The position numbers and the translations under genes are program-made. The notes beneath the pieces were generated by a model. That model was not told the DNA's origin and ran no database searches. It saw only the letters and a program-made list of their open reading frames with translations. A stretch of DNA of 61,249 bases, filler included, from Nemertoderma westbladi (taxonomy: Eukaryota > Animalia > Xenacoelomorpha), in NCBI GenBank assembly GCA_032718475.1. It is 3 parts of 3 records of this genome, joined end to end, with 100 filler letters (N's around TTAATTAATTAA, not from the genome) between each part and the next. Parts side by side here need not be neighbours in the genome. Positions count along the whole stretch, not along the records: positions 30,847 to 52,179 come from JAUCBJ010002439.1; positions 52,280 to 61,249 come from JAUCBJ010006132.1; 1 more part is not named here. One strand, written 5' to 3'. Shown piece after piece: positions 49,025 through 61,249 of the stretch; position 1 is the stretch's first letter; every line of letters starts with the position of its first letter.

Positions 49025-51685
49025 TTCATATTTCCAATGAAAGGAATCGGACAACCCGACTCTAACCTGCAAAGTCCATAAACTGATAAAGTCAAGTCCT
49101 GAAGTCAAGACCTCAATCACGTGACACAGGTCAGTGCCCAGCAGCCTGAAGGTGACCTCCGCTGAGGTTAGGAGTTAAACTAGGCTGCAACCTGCAAGAA
49201 GGTAGGCCTACTCCTGTTCTCGTCTGTCGTCTCAGCGTCTCCTACAGCAGTACAGCGCATTCAGTGCTGCAGTGCTCAGAATGCTGTAATGTACCGGTAT
49301 ACCAGGCAGCCAGGCCATGCAGCCATGGGTATACTGTCTGTCCAGCTGACTGCTGTTTACTGCTATACAATTTACAGATTTACCAGTTAGTGTCGAAAGA
49401 AAGTGCCCCTTTAAGTTCAAATTTTCGAATTTTTGTTTATTGTAGAAGAATAATAATTATATTTCACTATAAAAAGCGGTCATTTTGATACCAAATTGAG
49501 TTCTCTATCATGATATACCTACAATATGCGAATTTTAAGTTCGATAAAAGAGCTGGTTTGCATGCAGGCCGGTATGGGTGACCTTTATATCTAAAGGGAG
49601 AAAATCACCAAGGTTCCCTTCCGGGAGCACTAATAGGTAACCTAGCATCGGATCGGAATACTCATTTCGAAACCTTTACTAAATATACAGTATAACGGTA
49701 AGTAATTTAAAATTATTGTAATTTATGATGCAATAAACTGATAAAAACGTTATGTAATTACAACAAATAAGCGTACTTAGTAGCATAAAATAACAAATAT
49801 GTAACCATGAACAACAGTGTGTGATGAAGCAGATTTTAAAAAATCTGCTTCATCTGGGGGGGGGGGGGGGGGCAGAGTCCAAATCTGGGGGAGCAAAACC
49901 CATAACTGGGTTTGGGGCGCATATAGCAAAGTGAGAGTTAAATTAGTACATAAAGTAAAAATCAATATTGTTGAAGAGTGTGTGGGGCGAGCCACGAAGT
50001 TGACGGACTCTTCGCGAAATGACACTGTTAAGGGAGTTGGCCAATAATAGCAAATAGTTGTTGTCTTTACGATTTTGACATGCCAATAACTTTGTCGGAT
50101 TAAATTAAACCTGTAGAGTTTAAAATTTGTAGTCATAAAATACAGTATGTCCAAAAGTTAAGGTTAAAATTACAAAAAATAAAATTTTAGATAAGGCCTA
50201 TCAGCCTATGTACTGTATGTACCAGCGCAAGCAACCATCAGCGCCTAGCCTATTACTACTGTATTAGCTGCACCTACAAGCTAGCTCCCAAACTGCAGAC
50301 AATACTGTAGGTCAACAGCGAGCAACTCCTGCCCTGGTAGCCAAGCGCTTTTGTTTATTTTTTAGTAATTATATTGAACTTCAATCTGATAGGCCTGGAG
50401 AGTAAAGTGTAATTGAATACTATCAATATCTACTGTATAAAGAGATGCGGTCTGCCAACAAGCTTTCCATCCCTGAGTTGTAAGTATCAACATACAGTAG
50501 AACAAAATACATAACTGTACACCATACAATGTGATTCGGCACATAGGCTTTGGTAGTGCCAGCGCCCATTATAATTGGAAATGGTGTGGAGTCAGGTCAG
50601 GTCAGTGGGTAGCAGTATGCAGTATGTGAATCCAATAATATTGATTACCAACGATATTATTATTAATTAATAGTGAACAAGACCAGAGAACTAGACATGA
50701 CTGGGGGGGGGCAGGGGGCCTTGTCTGGGGGGGGGGGGGCAGTGCCCCCAAAGCCTCCCCTCACGGTCCGGGCCTGTTTGCATGTCAACATGGAATTTCA
50801 ATTTCAAATTGTATCTGTTTCGTGAACTTTCATTCAAAGATCTCTATTTTCGTATTTTGGATATCTCTTTCAATGTTCTAGGTTTTTTGGGAGGCGAATT
50901 CAGCTGAACTAATTATAATACTACGAGTGAAATAGTACTTTTCACTGGATGGAAAAAGGGGGTGCCAGAACTAAAATTTCAAATTTAAATTTCTAGAAAT
51001 TTTATTGAATATTAATTTCAGTTTTTATGGTTTTCTGTGATGGAATTCAACCGATCCAAGTAAAATACAAACAACTGTTCAAAAAGGGGTGTAAAAAGTT
51101 GGTGCCAGAATCAAAAATTTCAAATTTTGGACTTCTTGAAATGTTATGAATATAATTAATTTTATCATTTTATAGTTTTTTATCCAAGGAATTCAACTAA
51201 TCTTATTAAAACACAAAAACAGACCAATGACCATTGCATTCGGGGGACCCGAGAAAACCTAGATTACGAATCAGACCATACAAATTTGAACTTGAAGTTG
51301 AAAGCAGATTGACTTCGATGTTACTATGATTAATACATACCTAACAACATTCCACAAACTGTGGTTTATATAAATATAGTCAACGCAGTACTCGTCTTCA
51401 TTATAAGCCTCGTTGCGCTAATCCGGTTTGGTGTGAAAATATTTTTCCTAAAAGGAGACTGACGACCTTTATAACTATGCAAAGTCTCGAAACTGCGCGA
51501 GTAACTGGTGATTTATGTCAGATGGATACATACATATACATACATATGGACAAAAAGTTGTGAGAAAATACACTTGTGACAGGCAAGTTAGTTATAATCT
51601 TTAGATAAATATACAAAACAATATTTATAGGTGTATAGGTAGGTACGTCTACAAACACATTCAGAATAGCTTGGAGGAAGAGCCT

Positions 51686-51900
51686 TTTGGTGGAACAAGT
51701 GGAGGGCACGACTTTGGTGGTATAAGTGGATTGCCTTTCGGCTTTGGTGGTAAGTGGAGGGATGTTGGTGGAACCAATGGAGGACCTTTTATCTTTGGTA
51801 GAATTAGTGGAGGGCCTTTCGGTGGAACAGTGGATGACTTTTGGTGGAACAAGTGGAGGGCCTTTCGGTGGAACAGTGGATGACTTTGGTGGAACTTTGG
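51686..51900. repeat. Degenerate GGTGGAAC-rich tandem repeat
   Basis: TTGGTGGAACA(A)GTGGA units recur. Confidence 0.7.
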
Positions 51901-52179
51901 TTTTCAAGGCCCATCTATTTGGAGAAACATCCCTTGTGATATGCGTAACAAAAAATCCAAACCTACATTTTCAAAAAATTACAAACTTCATTTAATTTCT
52001 AAATTATAACCAAATTCAGTCCCATACAAACCATATCACTGGCATGCGTCTTTGCTCAATTTAAATTTTAATTTTATTTCAAATTGCAAAAATCTTAATT
52101 CCATCCACATTGTACATCCGTCGCCTACAGATTTCCCGCTGACGTTACCTTACTTATTACATACAATTAACGTACACGC

Positions 52180-52279
52180 NNNNNNNNNNNNNNNNNNNNN
52201 NNNNNNNNNNNNNNNNNNNNNNNTTAATTAATTAANNNNNNNNNNNNNNNNNNNNNNNNNNNNNNNNNNNNNNNNNNNN
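52180..52279. other. Artificial contig spacer
   Basis: N44-TTAATTAATTAA-N44. Confidence 0.97.
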
Positions 52280-52839
52280 CGTAGTAAAGATTAACCTCCA
52301 ATAAGCAGAAATTCAAATATGCCGCTAAAATTTATTTCAAAAGATAACGAAGAAAATGTTCAGAAAAATGGCAAAAATTTCCTATATAGGAAACACGATT
52401 TCCTATATAGGAAGAAAAAAACTTCCTATTTAAGAAACCTCATCTAACTCACAAGCTAACATGAGTAGACTTATTCAGTTATTGCGGGGTGATATCCTGA
52501 TCAATTTTCGAATAACAGAATGTGGAATGAGATTACCGGATAGGCCTACCCAGGTACATTACGACTACGAGCGATATGCCAATCTATAATCTGCTAATTA
52601 ATTACCTAAATTATCTAGGCCTATGCAGAATACAGATACCGGTACCTACCATGGATTGGAAGGATCATAACAAGGATATAATAACTGGATGATTCGAAGT
52701 AAATTACCGGTAGTAGAAATGACAGATATATAAACTAGCACATTACTGCATTAGATTAGATATTTAGCAGATTTGAGTCTTCATATTTCCTGTTTGTAAT
52801 CAAGTTTGGGTGCGACTTATCAAAATTACCCTTCTGAAA

Positions 52840-54397
52840 ATGAGACGTTTTCTTCAGGGTAGTGGAACTAAAGATACCCATACTGGTAGGACATTCTGTG
52901 TTGGATCGAGGTTTTATACAGTAGAGGAAACTTTGGGTGAAGGAGGTTTTGGTCTTGTATTCCTTGTCAAAGATTGCAATGGCAAACAATACGCCTTGAA
53001 ACGTCTGTGTGTTAATAACAACCAGGATTTACTTGTTTGTAAACGCGAAATTACAATACTAAAGTCTCTCTCGGGCCACAAGAACATTGTATGCTACATC
53101 GACTCCAATATTTTGAGTTCCAATGAAAACATACATGAAATATTGATAGTGTTCGAATATTATCGCAGCGCCGCCGATCAAATAATGAAAAGTGCTCTCC
53201 AATCTTCAACTGTAATTCCGGAGGGACGCGTTTTGGATATATTTTGCGATGTATGCGAAGCAGTCGCTCGGTTGCATCATTGCCAAACTCCTATAATCCA
53301 CCGGGACTTGAAAGTGGAGAATATATTGCACGATGAGGATCGCGATAATTTTGTTCTTTGCGACTTTGGATCATGTACCCCTAAGGTTTGGAATGCTAAG
53401 TTAGACGGGATAACTGCTATGGAAGAAGAAATACAACGTTACACCACGTTGGCGTATAGAAGTCCGGAGATGATAGACCTTCATGGAAATGAACCCGTGA
53501 CCACCAAAGCTGATATATGGGCATTAGGTTGCTTACTCTATAAATTATGTTTCTTTACAGTTCCCTTTGGGGAGAGCACATTGGCCATACAGGAAGGTAA
53601 ATTCTCTATCCCAAGTGATACCGCTGCCCAATTTAGTGCTCAACTTATATCTTTAATATCGTACTGCCTCTCCGTTAGTCCAATAGAACGACCCGATATC
53701 TACCAAGTATCCTACGTAGCTTTCTCTCTGAAACACAGGCCGACCCCGGTAAATAACTTACACGGTTCCCCCGATCCCACTGAGTTACCCACATTGATAG
53801 CCACTAAACCGTCCGTGGAGAGTTCCAAATCGCAACGGGGTTCCATCCCAGCTCCAGCAAGAGTTCCACAAACCACTTCTATCGCCCCTCGGGTCCGCCC
53901 CAGGGCAGCCCCCCTCAGCGATTCCATTCGCCCACCGGAGCGTATGTCCCCGGGACCTGATGGCGGAGTTAAAGTATATCCGGAAACTGTTGTTTCCCAA
54001 ACTTTACCGAGCCCACAGGATTTAATGGGGTTCATTACAGTGCAGGCAGCGCTACCACAGGGTGGGTTTGTTACAGTGCCGGGTGGCCCATCTCAAGGTG
54101 GGTTTCCTTCAGTGCCAGGTGGCCCATCTCGTGGTGGGTTTCCTTCAGTGCCAGGTGGCCCATCTCAAGGTGGGTTTCCTTCAGTGCCAGGTGGCCCATC
54201 TCAAGGTGGTGCTGTTACAGGGAATGAGTATCCATCAATAAATCCATTCTATCAACCCGCTATGGTTACTAACGAACAGTTACTTACCTCAAACTCGCTT
54301 GTTGCTTCGTTCCAGAGTGTTTCTCTGTCCAACGATATTTGTTCGGATATATTCGATATTGCTCCGTTTTACCATCAGCCTCCACCAGAAGGATTCA
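52840..54397 (+). CDS. AAK1: Numb-associated kinase (AAK1/BMP2K), coding exon 1 with the entire kinase domain; the unspliced frame stops at 54429
   Basis: Motifs LGEGGFGLVFLV, YALKR, HHCQTPIIHRDLKVENIL, VLCDFGS, EEEIQRYTTLAYRSPEMIDL and KADIWALGCLLYKLCFF are present. The donor A|GTAAGT is at 54397/54398. Confidence 0.93.
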
Positions 54398-55440
54398 GTA
54401 AGTTAACACACCCTACCCTGCCTTTATAATTTTTTAAGAGTTTGCACTGTACACTGTAGTGCTGTAGTGTACAGTACGATTAGGTTTTACAAAATAGTAC
54501 CGGTAACACCAGTAAAGAGTGACAGGATAGTACTACTTACTACTACTACTAGGTCGAGCGAACTCTGACAGTGGAAATAGATCCTTCCAGGGTTCCCGAT
54601 TCTCCATAGTTGTAAAAATTTATTTTTTCCCAAGTCCAGTACGCTTCCTGGATTAATATGGGTTAATATTCCTTCGAAATGATGGCCTATGCTGTAGGCA
54701 CTGTAGCCCACTCCTTGACTCCCGATGCACTCCTTGGTTAACTAAATTATGAATAGGTTACTGGTGCTGATCGGGCTGCCCCACTTGGCTGACAGCTACA
54801 GGTAGTACCATATTACTGCCATAGTGGTAGCAGGATCACTCTCATGAGGAAATAATAACCATATAAATAATTTCATGAATATAAAGTGATTTAGTATAGA
54901 AAATATATATTTACATATATCGCATAAGTTGGAAAAAGAGTTATCCGAACGACAAATATGATTGGGATTCAGGTGTTTGGAATGAATGCAAATCAGTTTG
55001 TTGCCGATTATGACGGTTATTGCAATCGGTTTGTGGAGTTGCTGAGTGGATTTGAGTATGCCACTCGCCGTAGGAGCCGCCTGGACCTTATTAGTAAAGG
55101 AGAGGTTTGGATGCTATTCGCCCGCCGCAGCAATAGCCTAAATAATGGTTTAGAGTCCCAGTCCAGAGTCCTTGCATATCCAACAACGTGATCAATCACG
55201 ACATCTCAACGGAATGTGTGAAATCCCGCAAAGATCTGGATAAGGACATCTGTGTCATTGTCTTAGTTCTCCTGCAGAAATTTCACAAAGCTGGTGCCTC
55301 ATAGGTACCACAACGGAATACTAGAGAACGCTTTCTATTTAAATAAAACTTTTTAAAGTAATTTTAACTTTAATTGTAATTTGAAAGTAGAATTTCGATT
55401 ATTGTTGTATTGCAATGTTATTAATTAATTTGTTTTACAG

Positions 55441-56315
55441 ACGACGACTTTAATCCCCGTGATGGTGAACCGTCGGTGGTAGACTGCCCCAATAGCAACG
55501 CCACTAATGGTGTGCATAGCAACGTCACGGACGGGTCTGCCGATAAGGAATTCCTAACCTGCGAAACTTACCAGCATATAAACGACGACGACTGTGCGGA
55601 AGGAAAGTCACAGAACCTCGGGTTCTCCGGGGAGTTTAACAATCTCGACGACGATAACATATCCTCTGATGATGACGTCGAGTCTCCCCACGAAGAGCTG
55701 ACAAGCAACGAGGACGTTGGCGGCTTACTGTGGCGTCACGAGAACTTTGTGGCGCCGTTGCTGCAATCGGATCTCCCCACCCACAGTGAGCCATTCACTG
55801 AAGATCTTGCGAAACATTCCAAAAGGGCGAACAACGATGTGGAAGAGCTGGATGTGTTTGATGCTGTACCATTCCCTGCGTTCGTGCCGTCCCAGTCCAC
55901 CGTTGATGTGGCCCCGGACCCATTCGATACCGCGCCCTTCCCTCCATCCACCGTCTGGGATACCAACGACGACCCCTTCATAAGCGCCCCTTTCCAGCTA
56001 TCGGAGATTCCAGAAAAACCCCCAAACATTAATAACTTGGCATTTCCCCAGTCTAAATATAACCAAAAACATTCCAACGATATTAGCCGCCAGTCTGCGA
56101 GTAGAAACGCAGGGCACTCCCGTAGTCACACAACCGGGAATCAGAATCCTGTCAAATCAAAATTAACATTCGGTACGAATTTTCCGTTGGATAATTTCAA
56201 CAGCATATCAGTGGATTCGGATGAAAACGACGGTTTTATTTTATCCCATCGCGGCAGCCATAAGTCACCGCTGGAGGGTCATATAGGATTAGCTTATGCC
56301 TCGTCCGATGACTAA
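55441..56315 (+). CDS. AAK1: AAK1/BMP2K coding exon 2 (acidic tail with DPF and D-x-F-x-x-A-P-F motifs)
   Basis: The acceptor TTGTTTTACAG ends at 55440. The phase-1 join is in frame (...GF-N-DDFNPR...). DVFDAVPF, DPFDTAPF and DPFISAPF resemble the BMP2K/AAK1L C-terminus. Confidence 0.85.
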
Positions 56316-56862
56316 ACCTTTGACCTAAATGATCCTGCGCATAGCTAGTACGGTACGGCCTGGGGATTGTGAAGTAGTAAGGATACCTTCCCGTCACTAA
56401 TAATATTTATTGCAATCTTAAATATTCACATTCCTTCATTAACAAACCGCACCGTTTATGTGACATCGTGTGTGTTAATTTAATTTATATGATTACGTTA
56501 TCATTTTTTCAACCCACCTTCCATGTATTCTCAGAAAGCTTTCATTTTCGCATTGCTGTTAGGTAAGGAATAGCCTCCCCTATGTCATACAACCCATAGT
56601 ACACCCCTCATTGATGCTGTTCATTTATGTCGTAATTATTGTATTTATATTATTTAAATTGATAGATTTTAGTTTGGATATTTTTGTATTGATTATAAAA
56701 ATACCAATTATTTTTACGTTTCCAAAAATCAAACTGAAGCCAAATTAATAAGAAGAAGCGGCTTTAAATTCGTTTTAATTTACAATAATAAAGGGAAATT
56801 GGTGTTTTTAATTGTTGTTGCTCTATCGTAGTATTTTGAGAAAGAGTTAACTCTAGCAATTT

Positions 56863-57070
56863 CAGACAGGGGGGGAACTCGACGCAAATCCAATCTCCGC
56901 TAATTAATATAATGTTAAATTATCAATTAAGGGAAAAGCGCAGGTTACAGTGACACGTTATTTTAACAAAAACAATGAACTAAAGTCAATAAAGCAGGTT
57001 AAAGATTTATATTTGAGTAATCAGCTGGAGAGAGGTGAATTCTGATTGTGTCGAAAATCCCCCCTATCTG
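56863..57070. mobile_element. hAT-type MITE, same family as 43225-43496
   Basis: Termini are CAGACAGGGGGGG...CCCCCCTATCTG, with a degenerate TSD AGCAATTT/AGGAATTG. Confidence 0.65.
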
Positions 57071-59405
57071 AGGAATTGTTTAAGCAAGGTGTCTGTCTAT
57101 GTGGTCTATGTGCCATTTTCATTATATTTATTTTAAAATGTATTTGTTTAATTTTTCTAATTGCTACGAGCCATCATTCCGTTATTGGTTATTTGGTATT
57201 ATATTGTCCCGCATATCAACTACTTATTAAACTCCGACTAATTTCGGATCAATAATTTCTGCTTTTAATTTGAATTTGCCACTTTGATTAGGTTTTACTT
57301 TACAGTAAATTGGAATTCTAAGTTATATCCCGGTAGAAAATATTTGTGGGCAGAACATTGCAATTTTCAGATTTTTTCGCTACATTTTTGTGATCTCATG
57401 CGACTTTGGTAAACTAGCCGGAATTATGATCATTCAAAAATAGTCCGTAAGGGAAGGGAACTGTTCATATAATATCTCCGACCATTGCTTACCTGTACTT
57501 TGCTAATCTCTTTCATTTTGCACTGATATTATTGGGCACATATTTCTACTGAAGATCACTATGACGTTGTGTCATTGAATGTTTGTTGGAAATACATCCC
57601 GTCTAGTAGATATATTCATATGGATTCAGAGGAGATTTCATTTTAAAAACGAACTTTTCATTACGAAACATAATTTTGGTAAAGATGTTTCGAACTTTAC
57701 CCTTTAATTAAGGGGCCTCCCCAGTGCCCATTAACCCAATTTGGAATAATATATGTGTTGATGTTGTGAAACACCATGCGAGCGTCAATATTGATATTTG
57801 CTTTTCCATATAAAGTCAATAATGTGGGGTGGGGCACCAACATTCCCCGCGCTTTGGGTGGGCCCTTACTAGGAAAGTTGAAATGAAATAAAATACTTTT
57901 GCAGACGGGAATTCTAGTGAGAACAGTGCTTTAATTTATTTTCTGTGTGCCATCATTTCGCGTTTTGAACTATTTATTAATTTTCATTGTGCTATAATTT
58001 TAAGTTGTTAAACTAAATGATTTCTAGGAAATACATAATAATATTTACCGTAGAATACGTAAATACTAATATTATTTGACAATAAAATATTAATGAAAGA
58101 AGATTCGTTGGCATGTTGGGAATTTATAATTTATTACACCATCCAACTGACCCAAGGAAATCCAATTACACCATTTCCCGAAACATAGGTTAGGGTAATT
58201 CAGGTACACGGATACCCTTTTCGATAAACCGTAATGATGAGATTGAATACAATTTAATTTAAAACAAGAGTTACTTGCATCTCCCTTCGTAAAATACAAA
58301 ATACGCCTTTTTACATCTGCATGATTGAGGTTTTTGAATTCAGTACTATGTTAGTCTACGAAAGCTTTACTAAGTGTAAGTGATGCGCTTTTTAAACAAT
58401 ACTCGCTATTTATTATTAGACACATTTGAATTCTTTAACAAATTATTTCTACTAGATTCTTTCTACAGTGATCTACTGTATAGTCTACCTGCCAACTCCC
58501 GAAAATTAAGTTTAGATGGCATTTTTTGTTAATGGTTGGCATCCACCTGATTTTTGTACTTCAAGACATGGCGAATCCGGCTAGGCCGGATGACACCTCT
58601 GTATTTTTGATTTAATGCCTTTTTTCGGGTTTGAAAGTTTTTTGCTCAAAAATGGGTTTTTGCGTTTTTAGAATGCAAGTTCGTGGTGAATGTTAGTGAA
58701 TTTCGTCTCTTAACCAGTTGTAATGAGTGTATAAATTGAAAGTTTATCAAAATGCATCAATGTTGTCCTGAAACAGTTATAAACACTTTGATAAAGAAGA
58801 AAATTTCCGAAATTCCCTTGCAGTCCGCCAACCCGGCCCTAGTAACCGCCTAGCAACAGATTTATGAAATTTAAATTATTAATTGTTTGTCTCACATTTC
58901 CTTTTACTGAGAAAACCAACAAACAGTTTAAAAATTAAAAAACCCATCACACAACTTAAATAACATCTTGGGAACATATCACGGGCAATATAAAATCAAA
59001 TAGAGTCTAATGTCGCAGACACAGGCCCATTATTTGGACCAGAGTAATTTACACAAGTATCAAAATATTAAGTTTATGTGGAGAATTCGTGTACCTTTAC
59101 TCAACTATTTGCTTCCATATTTATAATATTTAAAAATATCACTACAGCGCAGTAGCATGGTGATACTTACCGTCATATTGTAGACATTCTAGTGATATCG
59201 CATAGCCGTATAGCATAGATACGTCGCATAGCTATAACCTTCGACTGTTAGTCAACATCCTATTGTGACTTAGGGAATATTGTATATAATGAATTGTAAA
59301 GTATCTCAGGCGTTTATCGAGACCTACAGTTAATAGTTAACTCACTCTAAATTCCGCTAAAATATTAGTTTTGAAACAAGCAGGTACATCAGGCTATGCA
59401 CCGTC

Positions 59406-59559
59406 GAGACGGGGGGGGGGGGGGCAATAGAACAGATTTGTTCTTGTTTTATTTTTGGGAATAATCAGCTGTTATTTGCGTCGATTTTCCCCTGGAGAGG
59501 GATCAATTTTGATTGCGCCGAAAGTCCCTCCCCCCCCCCCCCCCCCCCCCCCCCATCTG
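59406..59559. mobile_element. Short hAT-type MITE, same family
   Basis: Termini are GAGACG(n)...C(n)ATCTG, with a degenerate TSD GCACCGTC/GCACCATA. The interior matches 43260-43320 in reverse. Confidence 0.65.
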
Positions 59560-60057
59560 GCACCATAAATATCGACCTACCGAACACTGTTTCTGTTTCT
59601 TGCACCTTCAGAATGTTTTTCACTATCACTTTTATCTGCCTATTGTTATTATTATTATTATGACTTGATGGAAATTGAGGGTGACGAACATATTCCTACT
59701 CTTAAAAGGAAAACTTGCCCGAATGTAGTTTGTGAAGAGACATGAATAGTACAGTATGTGGAGCAAAGAAAGATGAGGTAGAAAATTTCTACTTTAATCT
59801 ACTCTAATCTATCTAATCTACTTTAATGGAAGTCTACATCTCACTCATATACATTTTATACTGGACTAAATGGTCACAAGTCCCAGATAGACCATATTCT
59901 GTTTCGTAGGAAATACAGGAGCTCTATTCTGTACAAAACAAGCGTATTTGCACTTCGACCCTTATCCATTTATCACCGCCTTATTGTGGCCATTGACCAA
60001 GGTAAGACTTAGTCTCCCATGGCATACATTTAGTATCAATATTCAATAATTTAATAC

Positions 60058-60735
60058 GAATGATATTATTGATCGTTTTAAATGATTTTTGCCATGCTGA
60101 ATTATTTCGATTGATATTATTGGTCGATTTAAGTAATGTTTCAAAACTGCATTATTTTGCTTAATATTATAGGTTGATTTAAAACATTTTGTATGTTGAA
60201 TTATTTTGCTTGATATTTATTGGTCGTTTTAAATAATGTTTTTCAACTTAATTATTTTGCTTGATATTATTGATCGTTTGAAATAACAGTTGACTTATTT
60301 CAACCGATACTTATATATATGATAATTAATTATAGGTCGATTTAAATGTGATCAACTGACTCAGATACTGCCGTACTGGTACAGGCTGTATAGTGCACAG
60401 TGGTACCGGTACGGTAGTGAAGCATGTATAGAAGCAGAGAAGTTAATCATCACGAGATCTGCTGATTTAATAGCTACATTTAATACGACCTATAATAATT
60501 ATACGTCGAAATAATTCACTGTCTTATTTAAAACTACAGTACCTATAATTATCGGTTGAAATAAGTCAACTGTTATTTAAATCGAGCAATAATATCAAGC
60601 AAAATAATTCAACATACAAAATGTTTTAAATCAACCTATAATATTAAGCAAAATAATGCAGTTTTGAAACATTACTTAAATCGACAAATAATATCAATCG
60701 AAATAATTCAGCATGGCAAAAATCATTTAAAACCC
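60058..60735. mobile_element. Foldback-like element with long inverted arms built of ~48-bp subrepeats
   Basis: ~60076-60215 is the near-perfect reverse complement of ~60592-60732, and further inverted blocks lie inside. Confidence 0.75.
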
Positions 60736-61016
60736 GAATTGCTTCAAAATTATCCAACCAAATTCCACATTTGGCAGTTTGAAATTTTACGTTATTTGTA
60801 ATTTTCGTCCCACGACTGGCAGCGATGGTTGCACTTCCATAAATATTTTTAACAAGTTGTGTGTTGATCAGCCTCCTGGAAAACCAATAACATCGAAAAT
60901 ATTTCAATTTTCATATGAAAGTATATACAGAACATTTAAATTAACGAAAAATCACACACATCCGCTATCTGTTTGTGTTAAATATATAAAATTATTATAC
61001 AATTTATTTATCATAT

Positions 61017-61249
61017 CATTGTGCAGCTGCTGCAAAGAAGGCTAATCAGGTATTAGGTCAAATATCTAGGAGCTTCCATTATAGGGACAAATCAACTTGG
61101 GTGCGTCTATACAAACAATATGTTCGTCCACATCTCGAATATTGTGTGCAGTCATGGTCACCATGGCTACAAGGAGACAATAAACTTTTAGAGTCAGTCC
61201 AGGAGCGGGCTGTTCGTATGATATCCAATCTTACTTCCTCGTCTTATAC
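61017..61249 (+). mobile_element. CR1-clade LINE fragment (post-RT region), runs off the window
   Basis: Translates as HCAAAAKKANQVLGQISRSFHYRDKSTWVRLYKQYVRPHLEYCVQSWSPW...LESVQERAVRMI. Confidence 0.88.

Noticed and set aside
55476-56315. Independent 279-aa gene
   Set aside because: It has no ATG start and splices in frame to the AAK1 kinase exon.

Overview
This window is eukaryotic, most likely an invertebrate animal, and is AT-rich and dense in transposable elements. It consists of three segments joined by artificial 100-bp spacers (N44-TTAATTAATTAA-N44 at 30747-30846 and 52180-52279). The first ~27 kb is a nest of mobile elements: a hAT-like transposase, a Penelope fragment, two RTE-like LINE families, an internally deleted LTR element whose long LTR carries a tRNA-like Pol III cassette, a young Gypsy element with 109-bp LTRs, a DD41D mariner fragment and MITEs. 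The remainder holds five host genes: FAM149, an RGS22-like gene, a SAM methyltransferase, a C2H2/matrin-type zinc-finger gene and an AAK1/BMP2K kinase. These are separated by satellites, MITEs, a solo LTR, a foldback element and a CR1 fragment. I cannot prove a new biological system from sequence alone. The best leads are four: (1) near-total absence of introns in normally intron-rich genes, with the one clear internal coding intron (in AAK1) positioned to switch short and long isoforms; (2) the tRNA-like cassette inside an LTR; (3) a Gypsy RT with VED in place of xxDD; (4) strong clustering of TA-flanked short motifs (TACCGGTA, TAGGCCTA, TACAGTA) near gene 5' ends. All coordinates and counts were read by eye, and family assignments come from motif recognition, not database searches.
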